Shown here: positions 18,772-26,624 of the stretch, piece by piece | Position numbering within the stretch: the first letter of the stretch is position 1 | How the letters are laid out: every line of letters starts with the position of its first letter | NCBI GenBank assembly: GCA_963662615.2 | Contig: CAXXSR010000002.1 | Span: forward strand, 416,001-480,000 | DNA length: 64,000 nucleotides | Reading direction: 5' to 3' | DNA from: Dehalococcoidia bacterium | GTDB lineage: Bacteria > Chloroflexota > Dehalococcoidia > Bin125 | Made by a program: the position numbers and the translations under genes | The notes under the pieces: model-generated | Told to the model about the DNA's origin: nothing | What the model saw: only the letters and a program-made list of their open reading frames with translations | Database searches by the model: none

Positions 18772-20037
18772 GTGAATATTGTTGAACTGGAATCGCAGAC
18801 ACGCGACGAGCTCTTGGTTCAGGCCAAGCGCCTCGAACTCCCGGGCGCCGACGGCCTGAAGAAGCAGGACCTGATCTTCCGCCTGCTGCAGACCCAGAGC
18901 GAGCAGCAAGGCAACATCTTCTCTGGCGGCGTCATTGACCTGGTGGATGACGGCTACGGCTTTTTACGCGGGGAGTCGCTGTTGCCGTCGAACACGGATG
19001 TCTACGTCTCACAATCGCAGGTGCGCCGCTTCGGGCTGCGCACCGGCGACTACGTCACCGGCCAGGTGCGTGCCCCCAAGGACGGCGAAAAGTACTACGG
19101 GCTGCTGCGCGTGGAGCTGGTCAACGGGATGGATCCGGAGGAGGCCAAGCAGCGGCCTTTCTTTGAGAATCTCACGGCCGTCTTTCCTTTCGAGCGCTTC
19201 CACCTGGAGACGGAAGATGCGACGCGCCTATCCGAGCGCCTGATTGACCTGGTGGCGCCGCTGGGGCGGGGCCAGCGGGGGCTGATCGTCTCGCCGCCCA
19301 AGGCCGGCAAAACGATGCTGTTGCAGGCGATAGCGCACGGCATCGCGATGAACCACCCGGAAGCGCATCTGATGGTGGTGTTGATTGGCGAGCGGCCGGA
19401 AGAGGTCACGGAGATGCGCCGCTCGGTGCGGGGCGAGGTGTTCGCCTCCACGTTCGACGATCCGGTGGAGGATCACACCCGCGTGGCGGAGATGGCGCTG
19501 GAGCGCGCCAAGCGCTTGATGGAGTGCGGGCGCGACGTGATCATCCTGGTGGATTCCATCACCCGGCTGGCGCGCGCCTACAACCTGGAGATGCCGACCA
19601 GCGGCCGCACGCTGTCGGGAGGCATTGATCCGGTTGCCCTCTACCCGCCCAAGCGCTTTTTCGGCGCCGCCCGCAAGGCAGAAGGGGGCGGCAGCCTCAC
19701 CATCATCGCCACATGCCTGGTGGACACAGGCAGCCGCCTGGACGACGTGGTCTTCGAGGAGTTCAAGGGCACCGGCAACTGGGAGGTGCGGCTGGACCGA
19801 CGCTTGGCGGAACGGCGGGTCTACCCGTCCATTGACATTGCCGCCAGCAGCACGCGGCGTGAAGAGTTGCTCCTCAACGGCGAAGAGCTGCAAAAGATCT
19901 GGCTGCTGCGGCGGATGATGACCATGCTGAGCAGCAACGGCGGCTCCACGGAGCCCAGCGAGCGGCTGCTCGATCGACTCGCCCGGTCCAAGTCCAACGA
20001 GGAGTTCCTGGAGCAGCTGGCCGTCGGGGAGGGGTAA
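18772..20037 (+). CDS. rho: Transcription termination factor Rho
   Basis: [42 protein letters not shown]. Confidence 0.98.
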   Translation: MNIVELESQTRDELLVQAKRLELPGADGLKKQDLIFRLLQTQSEQQGNIFSGGVIDLVDDGYGFLRGESLLPSNTDVYVSQSQVRRFGLRTGDYVTGQVRAPKDGEKYYGLLRVELVNGMDPEEAKQRPFFENLTAVFPFERFHLETEDATRLSERLIDLVAPLGRGQRGLIVSPPKAGKTMLLQAIAHGIAMNHPEAHLMVVLIGERPEEVTEMRRSVRGEVFASTFDDPVEDHTRVAEMALERAKRLMECGRDVIILVDSITRLARAYNLEMPTSGRTLSGGIDPVALYPPKRFFGAARKAEGGGSLTIIATCLVDTGSRLDDVVFEEFKGTGNWEVRLDRRLAERRVYPSIDIAASSTRREELLLNGEELQKIWLLRRMMTMLSSNGGSTEPSERLLDRLARSKSNEEFLEQLAVGEG

Positions 20038-20062
20038 CCGAGGGGGACAGGCGGCGACGCCG

Positions 20063-20086
20063 ACGGCGCGGGAGCGCCGTTTTTTT
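20063..20086 (+). terminator. Intrinsic terminator after rho
   Basis: ACGGCGC-GGGA-GCGCCGT followed by a T run. Confidence 0.85.
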
Positions 20087-20102
20087 GTGCCCGGGCCAGC
20101 GC

Positions 20103-20759
20103 TCAATCGCCCCGTGGTGCGAGTACGTGCACGCTGGTGTGCTGGGGCAGGCCGCCTCGAGTGACGTTGATATGGTTGTCCTGTTCGGTGGGCATGGCGG
20201 CGCTCATGGTCTTGAGAAACGGCTGGACGGAGTCCAGCTCCTCGCGTTCCGCTCCCACCTTGTAGAGCATGGGAATGACCAGCTTGGGCGCGAGCGTGCT
20301 GACGACGCTGGCGGCCAAGTCTGGATCCATGTGTCCGCCTCCGCCAACCGGGATCAGGAGCACATCGGCGCGGCTGAGTTCGTCCAGTTGCTCAGCGGCG
20401 GGCGGGCCGCGCATGTCCCCGAGGTGCGCCACGATGACGTCGTCGATGGTGAAAATGAAGGCCACGTTGCGGGCGCCCGCATCGCCACCGGGCGTGCCAC
20501 CGGGCGTGCCACCGGGCGTAATGACGCCTGTGATCACGATGTTCTTGACCTCGTATTCGCCCGGCGCGTCCAGCAGGACGGGGTTGCCCGCGACCCCATC
20601 GCTCCAGGAGTGAGCGGGGGCGGACGTGGAGACGGTGACAATGTCGGCCTGGGGACGGTTGAGGCGGAAGCCGGTGCTGGGCGGACAGGGATCGGTGACC
20701 ACAGCGCCGTCGCGGCCGCGAAGGCGAAAGGCTGCGTGTCCGGTCCAGGCGATGTCCAT
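20103..20759 (-). CDS. Metallo-beta-lactamase fold protein (UlaG/Lactamase_B_3-like), metal motif degenerate
   Basis: WTGHAAF, VVTDP, HLGD, DVLLIPVGG, PKLVIPM; HxHxDH replaced by STSAPAH. Confidence 0.8.
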   Translation of the reverse strand: MDIAWTGHAAFRLRGRDGAVVTDPCPPSTGFRLNRPQADIVTVSTSAPAHSWSDGVAGNPVLLDAPGEYEVKNIVITGVITPGGTPGGTPGGDAGARNVAFIFTIDDVIVAHLGDMRGPPAAEQLDELSRADVLLIPVGGGGHMDPDLAASVVSTLAPKLVIPMLYKVGAEREELDSVQPFLKTMSAAMPTEQDNHINVTRGGLPQHTSVHVLAPRGD

Positions 20760-20855
20760 TGGCCGCCGCCGGGTCGCGTTGTGGGAGCGAGCCCGGCCAC
20801 ATTCTCCGGGGCGGTCCTCCTATAGGCCAGACGCTCGATCAGGGGGCCGCCCTGA

Positions 20856-22046
20856 TTAGGCGGGCGGCGCTTCCTGCGCGGTCAGGAGCAGGGCGGCGTT
20901 TTGCCCCATGGTTCCGTAGGCGCAGACCGCAGCGGTGTAGAGGCGGTCGCGCTGCGCCTCTTGCACCACGTTGAGGCCGCATTCGGGATCGGGGTCGTGG
21001 TAGGTGGCGTGGGGTGGGGTCATCCCTTCAGCGAGCGCGAAGGCGGCGGCCGCGGCGGAGAGGGCGCCGGAGGCGCCGGCGGCGTAGCCCAGCGCCGGGC
21101 TGACGGCGGTCACGGGGGTGTTGAGGATGCCTTGACCGAACGCGCGTTCCAGGACATCGGTCTCCCGTTCATCGCCGCGCCTGGTGCCGCCGCCGGCGGC
21201 GAAGAGGAGATCCACTTCCTGGGGACTGCGATTCGCCTCCCGCAGGGCGTGGCCGAGCGCCCGCCGGGCGATATCAACATCGGTGGGAGGTGCGCCGTCC
21301 CCGGGCGGTCCTGACGTCGCCGCCGCGCCGGCCAGCTCCGCGTAGATGCGCGCGCCGCGCTGCTCCGCCAGTTCGCGCTCTTCCAGGAGGAGCATGGCTG
21401 CCCCTTCCCCCAGGACCATGCCGTCGCGGAGCAGGTCGAAGGGGCGCTGCGCGTCGGCGCCGGCCTGCCTGGAGAGGAGGCCGGCCGCCTCATAGGCGCC
21501 CCAGACATCCGGGCGCAGAGGCGCCTCGGCGCCGCCGGCGACGGCCACGCTGATCACCTCAGCGCGGATCAAGGCCGCGGCCTGGCTGATGGCGACGAGG
21601 CCAGAGGCGCCGTCGGCGGCGACCGCGTAGGAGGGGCCGGCGATGTTCAGACCCACCGTGGCGCCGGCGAGCCCGCTGCTGAGCAGAGGCCAGCCGGGTT
21701 CGCCCGGCGCGGCCGCGCCGTGGGCCGTTCCCACGATCGCGCCCACCTGGAAGGCGTTGTCCGCGTCGAAGCGAATGCGGGAGTCAGCGATGGCCTGGAT
21801 GGCAGCGTCGAGGGCCAGTTGGGCCGCTCGACCCAGGCGCGCGGTGAAACTGCTAGGGACTCCGGCCGGGCCGCCATAGTCGAGGATCTGCCCCGCGACA
21901 GCCGGCCGGCCCGGCTCAAAGCGGTCGAGCGCGGTGAGGCAGACGCGGCGATCTAGGAGGGCGCGCCAGAGGTCGGGGGCGGTGGGGCCAGCCGCGCTGA
22001 TGGCGCCCACGCCCGTCACCACAACTCGCCTGGATCCCTGCGGCAT
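20856..22046 (-). CDS. Beta-ketoacyl synthase-like protein lacking the catalytic triad (CLF-like)
   Basis: RRVVVTGVG, RPFD..RDGMVLGEGA, GARIYAEL; Cys, His and His positions substituted. Confidence 0.85.
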   Translation of the reverse strand: MPQGSRRVVVTGVGAISAAGPTAPDLWRALLDRRVCLTALDRFEPGRPAVAGQILDYGGPAGVPSSFTARLGRAAQLALDAAIQAIADSRIRFDADNAFQVGAIVGTAHGAAAPGEPGWPLLSSGLAGATVGLNIAGPSYAVAADGASGLVAISQAAALIRAEVISVAVAGGAEAPLRPDVWGAYEAAGLLSRQAGADAQRPFDLLRDGMVLGEGAAMLLLEERELAEQRGARIYAELAGAAATSGPPGDGAPPTDVDIARRALGHALREANRSPQEVDLLFAAGGGTRRGDERETDVLERAFGQGILNTPVTAVSPALGYAAGASGALSAAAAAFALAEGMTPPHATYHDPDPECGLNVVQEAQRDRLYTAAVCAYGTMGQNAALLLTAQEAPPA

Positions 22047-22079
22047 GGGGCTATCTTCCCGGCCGGCGGCAGCCGTGCC

Positions 22080-22088
22080 AAGGCGGGC
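22080..22088 (+). repeat. Left copy of 9-bp target site duplication AAGGCGGGC (right copy 24688-24696)
   Basis: Identical 9-mers directly abut both inverted repeats. Confidence 0.93.
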
Positions 22089-22161
22089 GGTAGTGTCCTA
22101 GTTTGAGCCCGAGCCCGCCCGCCGAGACGTAATCCGGCCCTGAATGAAAAGTGCCAGACAG

Positions 22162-22983
22162 TCAGGCTGCCAGGCCCACCAAATCCGCCATCGTCCACTG
22201 CCGCGTTGTCACCCCCGCCGCGATCGCAGGCGTCGTCCGCAGCGTGCGATGGGGGCGGACGAAGTTGTACCACGCGAAGTGCAAGGCGACCGCCGCCTCC
22301 AAGTTCTCCCGCTTCTTGCTGAACGCATTGGTCAATCGGGTGAATCTGCGCTGCTGCATCCGCAGGGTGAGGTGGCTCCGCTCCACCAGCGACGTGGAGG
22401 TCCGGGCGAGATCGGAGTCGCCCACAATGATGTGCTTGTCCGCCGCCACCACGCGCCGGGGCGGGCTGTACCGCCCGCTACTTTGCTCCGACTCGTAGGA
22501 CTTTACGATGGTGGCGAAGTCCACCTGCCCGCCAAAGCTGGCTTCCACGGCGGTGACGTAGTGCGAGAGACCGTCCGCGCTCAACTGGATTCGGTTCGCC
22601 AGTCGCCAGGACAGATCGCGCATGAACCAATCCGCATCCCTGCGCGTGCGCTTGCCGACGTGGAAGGTCGGCACGATATTTGTCTCTGGGTCGAGCGCGA
22701 CCCAACACCAAGAATCGCCGGTTTCGAGGGGATCATCGTCGGGGCGGACCTGCGCCTCCTTCTTGCCGACATAGGTCCAAATCTCATCGACCTCGATGTG
22801 CTCACATTTCAAGTCACGCATGAGCACGTCCATGACCTCGCGGGAGGTCCGGCCTGCGCGCAGCATGAGCCGCGTGATCGTGTCCCGGTGGACGCCCGTC
22901 ATGCGCTCCACGGACCGGATCGACGTGCCCTCCACGAGCGCGCAGAGCACTGATTCTTGCTTTTCGGCCTTGAGTCGGTTCAT
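22162..22983 (-). CDS. IS1-family DDE transposase (single ORF)
   Basis: N-terminal HTH (SIRSVERMTGVHRDT), VDEIWTYVGKK, LSADG, VERSHLTLR...RFTRLT.AFSK. Confidence 0.9.
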   Translation of the reverse strand: MNRLKAEKQESVLCALVEGTSIRSVERMTGVHRDTITRLMLRAGRTSREVMDVLMRDLKCEHIEVDEIWTYVGKKEAQVRPDDDPLETGDSWCWVALDPETNIVPTFHVGKRTRRDADWFMRDLSWRLANRIQLSADGLSHYVTAVEASFGGQVDFATIVKSYESEQSSGRYSPPRRVVAADKHIIVGDSDLARTSTSLVERSHLTLRMQQRRFTRLTNAFSKKRENLEAAVALHFAWYNFVRPHRTLRTTPAIAAGVTTRQWTMADLVGLAA

Positions 22984-23003
22984 CAGCCGCCTGCTATCTT
23001 GAG

Positions 23004-23073
23004 TGGAGCGCCGGGGGATCGGACCCCGTGAAGCATGGATGTAAGGCCCAGCCCAGAGACCAACTCGCGCCCC
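23004..23073 (-). ncRNA. tRNA-like / tmRNA-TLD-like RNA with alanine identity acceptor stem
   Basis: GGGGCGC/GCGCTCC+A acceptor stem with G3.U70; T-arm CGGGG-TCCGATC-CCCCG; no encoded CCA. Confidence 0.65.
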
Positions 23074-23078
23074 ATGCA

Positions 23079-23112
23079 GAACGGCGACGCGCGGAGGGGC
23101 GCGTCGCCGTTC
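23079..23112. other. Perfect 14-bp hairpin between the fic stop and the tRNA-like element
   Basis: GAACGGCGACGCGC-N6-GCGCGTCGCCGTTC; no long U tract. Confidence 0.8.
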
Positions 23113-23115
23113 GTT

Positions 23116-24225
23116 CTACGTCGTTGCGGAAAGCTCTTTTTCCTCAAGTCCCGCTCCGATGACCTTCCGGAACTCGTCATCGATCGTGTACCTCGTATTC
23201 TTGCCCCGGCCTTTCCGCATCACGATGCCAGCCTCCACCATGTCTTTCAGATCGGAGAAGGCGACTGATTGCGATGCATTAGTCAGTCGGGCATAGGCGG
23301 ATGTCGAGAGCGGGCTCAGGTCAAGCATGAACATAGTTCCGAGCGCTTGTCGCGCGTTGAACGTGCCCTCCAAGTGCTCCACGAACGAGTCCTTCTCCCT
23401 GTTGAATCTGACGACTGCCCTCTCCAGCTGCGCCGATGCCATGCTCAGCATCGTTTGATGAAACTCAACGAATGGCGACGTATCCACCGCCTCGCTGAAA
23501 TTCTCACCCTGGGTATCTCTGAGCGTGTCGTAATACTTCTGCCGTTGATCCCAGATGCTCTGACTCACCGATAACAACCCATCCGCTGACCAGTCGGTGA
23601 GGGTCAAGATCGTGTCGGCCAGCAGACGAGCGGTCCGACCGTTGCCGTCCTCGAATGGGTGGATTGAAATCAGTCCAAAGTGTGCCATTGCTGCGACGAT
23701 GGGCGACGGATAGGTGCCTTCAGCCATCCACTGCTGGATGTCCGCCACAAACGCTTCCATCAGTTCGGGCACGAATGCGGGCGGGGGGGGCCGGTATCGT
23801 ATGTCGCGTGTCTGTGAATCAACGATCAGCGCCGGTCCGACGCGGTATCGCCCACGCCGCTGCGCCTGCTGGCCAGGAAGACCCTTGAGGATCAGCGAGT
23901 TCATCGTGCGGATCAGTCCTTGGTCGATCTTCACGGACTGATCGCCCACTAGCTGATCGACGAGTTCGTACGCCGCTTGCAGGTTCGTAATCTCTATCTC
24001 TTCCGGCTCCGACTCGTCCGCCCCCTCGACCAACACCAGCAGCGCTTGCTGTTCGCCAATCTGGTTCCCCTCAATGGCCGTGGAGGTATGGGCATTGATG
24101 TACCGCGCCTTCTGGCGGAAGTACGCCTCAAAGCCGGGTGGAACGAGCGTCCGGATGACGTACAATCGGTCGCGGAGGAAATCGACGTCCTGGCACTCGT
24201 CGTTGCAGGTCATTGTGAGTTTCAT
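23116..24225 (-). CDS. Fic family protein (class II) with C-terminal HTH
   Basis: HPFEDGNGRTAR catalytic motif, STAIEGN inhibitory motif, C-terminal wHTH-like segment; GGGAG SD before ATG 24225. Confidence 0.92.
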   Translation of the reverse strand: MKLTMTCNDECQDVDFLRDRLYVIRTLVPPGFEAYFRQKARYINAHTSTAIEGNQIGEQQALLVLVEGADESEPEEIEITNLQAAYELVDQLVGDQSVKIDQGLIRTMNSLILKGLPGQQAQRRGRYRVGPALIVDSQTRDIRYRPPPPAFVPELMEAFVADIQQWMAEGTYPSPIVAAMAHFGLISIHPFEDGNGRTARLLADTILTLTDWSADGLLSVSQSIWDQRQKYYDTLRDTQGENFSEAVDTSPFVEFHQTMLSMASAQLERAVVRFNREKDSFVEHLEGTFNARQALGTMFMLDLSPLSTSAYARLTNASQSVAFSDLKDMVEAGIVMRKGRGKNTRYTIDDEFRKVIGAGLEEKELSATT

Positions 24226-24342
24226 CGCCGTGCTCCCGTCTGAATATTCTCTCACGCAACCAGCATATACGTATATTCGTTCCCGTCAATGGTAAATGGA
24301 GGTTCTTAGCCGGAATATGCTGGTAATCGCCGGGCAGGCGGG

Positions 24343-24645
24343 ATGACTGAGACGAACACCGACGCCCTGCACCGCGCCATCCGCGACCTCCACGGCTGCG
24401 AGAGCCGCTGGGTAGAGGCCGTGCCAGTCACCGAGACGTTTGAGGGACAGACCGTCTGGGAAGGCGCTGTCCAGGTCTTTGACCTGATCGACCACCCCAC
24501 GGCCAAGCGCGCCTACGCCTGGTCCCATCCCACAGACGACGAATCGGGGCCGCGGCGCTACGTCGCCGTGCTCCATGAGGGGCCGGTGAACTCACCGCGC
24601 AAGGCGGTCCAAGCGGCGATTGTCCAAGAGCAGCGGGGGGGATAG
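24343..24645 (+). CDS. Small hypothetical passenger protein (100 aa)
   Basis: Protein-like ORF (VWEGAVQVFDL..HP.A.RAYAWS) divergent from fic, inside the TIRs. Confidence 0.75.
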   Translation: MTETNTDALHRAIRDLHGCESRWVEAVPVTETFEGQTVWEGAVQVFDLIDHPTAKRAYAWSHPTDDESGPRRYVAVLHEGPVNSPRKAVQAAIVQEQRGG

Positions 24646-24703
24646 CGATGGATTGCCCAAATTGCGCTGCCAAATTAGGACACTACCAAGGCGGGCGTCC
24701 TGA

Positions 24704-24733
24704 TTGACCGGGGAACGGCGAAACTGGTACGCT
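24704..24733 (+). promoter_or_regulatory. Promoter of the hrcA-dnaK operon
   Basis: TTGACC-N18-TACGCT with extended -10 TG, just upstream of CIRCE. Confidence 0.65.
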
Positions 24734-24740
24734 TTTGGCG

Positions 24741-24767
24741 TTGGCACTCTCATGTCGAGAGTGCCAA
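24741..24767. promoter_or_regulatory. CIRCE element (HrcA operator)
   Basis: TTGGCACTC-N9-GAGTGCCAA versus consensus TTAGCACTC-N9-GAGTGCTAA, directly before hrcA. Confidence 0.96.
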
Positions 24768-24810
24768 TCGCTCTCCGAGCCGGAGTGGCGGTCGGCGGCA
24801 AGGACGCACG

Positions 24811-25830
24811 GTGACTGTCACAGATCGACGTGCGGGGATCTTGGGGCTCGTCGTCCGCGAGTACGTCGAGACGGCGGCGCCGGTCGGCTCCCGGACGATC
24901 CACGAGAAATACAGGGTGCCGGCGTCGCCGGCCACCATCCGCCACGAGATGCAGGCGCTGGAAGAAGAGGGGCTGCTGCGGCAGCCGCATACGTCGGCGG
25001 GGCGCGTGCCTTCAGATGAGGGCTACCGCTTCTTCGTCAGCTCGCTGATGGGGCAGGTGGAGCTGGACCAGACGGAGAAGGCCACGATTCGCCATCAGTT
25101 CTTTCAGGCGCCGCCGGAGCTGGATGAGTGGGTGGACCTGGCGGCGGTGCTCCTGTCGCGGTCGCTCGGGCTTCTGGCCATCGTGGCGCCGCCTCGCGCG
25201 GCGCGGCTGCAAGTGCGGCACCTGGAGCTTATTGCCCTGAACGACCTGCTGGCCCTCTTGGTCGTGGTCATGCGGGAGGCGCGTGTGCTCAAGCAGCTCG
25301 TCGCGCTGGAGTCCGCCTTGGACCAGCCGGAGTTGAGTTCGCTGGCGCAGCGGCTCAACGAACGTGTCAGCGGGATGTCGGCGTCGGACCTGCGGGGCAC
25401 GGCCGACCCGGACGATCCCACGGAATCCGCCGTCCTGCAGACGCTGCGGCGCCTGCTGGAGGAGGAGTCGGCGCGGGAGGTGGAGGCGCGGATTGAGGGC
25501 TGGACCGGCGTCCTGGCGCAGCCGGAGTTTCAGGCGGACTACACGCGCGTGCTCGACATTGTGTCGGTGGTGGACCGCCCCGGCGTGGAGCGGCTGGTGA
25601 CCGCGGGTGCGCGCGACGTGGGCGGCGTCAGTGTCCTGATTGGCGATGAGAATCAAGCGACGGAGCTGCGCGACTGCTCGGTGGTGGTGGCGCCGTACGG
25701 CGATGGGTCTGGGGTGTCCGGCTTCGTGGGCGTGATTGGCCCCACGCGCATGCGCTATGCGCAGGGGGTGGCGTCGGTCCGGTACCTGAGCGGCCTGCTG
25801 CAAGAGATGATGGAGCGCGTCTACGGCTAA
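24811..25830 (+). CDS. hrcA: Heat-inducible transcription repressor
   Basis: PVGS, SPATIRHEM, QPHTSAGRVPSDEGYR, GVIGPTRMRY. Confidence 0.97.
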   Translation: MTVTDRRAGILGLVVREYVETAAPVGSRTIHEKYRVPASPATIRHEMQALEEEGLLRQPHTSAGRVPSDEGYRFFVSSLMGQVELDQTEKATIRHQFFQAPPELDEWVDLAAVLLSRSLGLLAIVAPPRAARLQVRHLELIALNDLLALLVVVMREARVLKQLVALESALDQPELSSLAQRLNERVSGMSASDLRGTADPDDPTESAVLQTLRRLLEEESAREVEARIEGWTGVLAQPEFQADYTRVLDIVSVVDRPGVERLVTAGARDVGGVSVLIGDENQATELRDCSVVVAPYGDGSGVSGFVGVIGPTRMRYAQGVASVRYLSGLLQEMMERVYG

Positions 25831-25922
25831 AGGGGGCCGGCGTCGCGGGGCGCCGTGGCTTCGGAGCAGCGGGGCCAGCGGCTCGCTTGCCGGCGCGGCT
25901 GGATTTTCGGGTGAGGAGCCGG

Positions 25923-26609
25923 ATGGACGGAGCGGAGCAGCCGAGCAACGGCGACGACGCCGTGGAGGCGGAGACGACGGGCGATCGCGGGGCGCAGGGG
26001 GATGCGATGGGGGAGGGCTCAAGCGAAGTGGGTGAGCCGGTGGCGGTGAGCGCCGCCGCTCTGGCCGCCGAGATCGCGGAGCTGAAGGCGGAGGTCGCCT
26101 CGCTGAGGGAGCAAGCGGAGAAGCGACTCGTGGCCTGGCAGCGGGCCCAGGCGGACTATCAAAACCTGAAAAGGCGCAGCCGGCAGGAGGTGGGGGAGCG
26201 AGCGACGTACGCCGTCAGCGGCCTTGTCCTGGAGTTACTGCCGGTGGTGGACGACCTCGATCGCGCCTTTGCCGCCGACGACAGCGCGGACGTGCCGCAA
26301 GATTCCGAGGCCTGGGTGGAGGGGATCCGGCTGATCCAGCGGAAGCTGTACGCGCTGCTGGAGCGGGCGGGCGTGCAGCCCATCGCCGCGGTGGGCCAGC
26401 CCTTCGACCCGAACTTTCACGAGGCGGTGGGGCGCGCCCCCGGTCCGGCGAACCAGATCCTCACCCAAGCGCAGAAGGGCTACCTGCTAGGCCAGCGGGT
26501 GCTGCGGCCGTCGCTAGTGATCGTGGGGGAGGGCGCGGACGAAGGGGGAGACGCAGACGCCGGCGCAGCCGAGGGTGAGCAAGCGGGTTCCCCAGCTGAC
26601 GAGGCGTGA
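25923..26609 (+). CDS. grpE: Nucleotide exchange factor GrpE
   Basis: ADYQNLKRR, LLPVVDDLDRA, FDPNFHEAV, GY..G.RVLRPS.V. Confidence 0.96.
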   Translation: MDGAEQPSNGDDAVEAETTGDRGAQGDAMGEGSSEVGEPVAVSAAALAAEIAELKAEVASLREQAEKRLVAWQRAQADYQNLKRRSRQEVGERATYAVSGLVLELLPVVDDLDRAFAADDSADVPQDSEAWVEGIRLIQRKLYALLERAGVQPIAAVGQPFDPNFHEAVGRAPGPANQILTQAQKGYLLGQRVLRPSLVIVGEGADEGGDADAGAAEGEQAGSPADEA

Positions 26610-26624
26610 TGGGAGTAGGCGATC

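Larger units (their letters stand above)
22089..24687 (-). mobile_element. IS1-family-like element with passenger genes (2,599 bp)
   Basis: TIRs GGTAGTGTCCTAGTTTG (22089-22105) and CAAATTAGGACACTACC (24671-24687), 16/17 match; 9-bp TSD; DDE transposase; lower GC. Confidence 0.93.

Noticed and set aside
23004-23073. Canonical tRNA-Ala, ochre suppressor tRNA, or integrase att remnant
   Set aside because: No proper D arm, no U33 or purine 37, altered T loop and no integrase. Both acceptor strands are present, unlike an att fragment.
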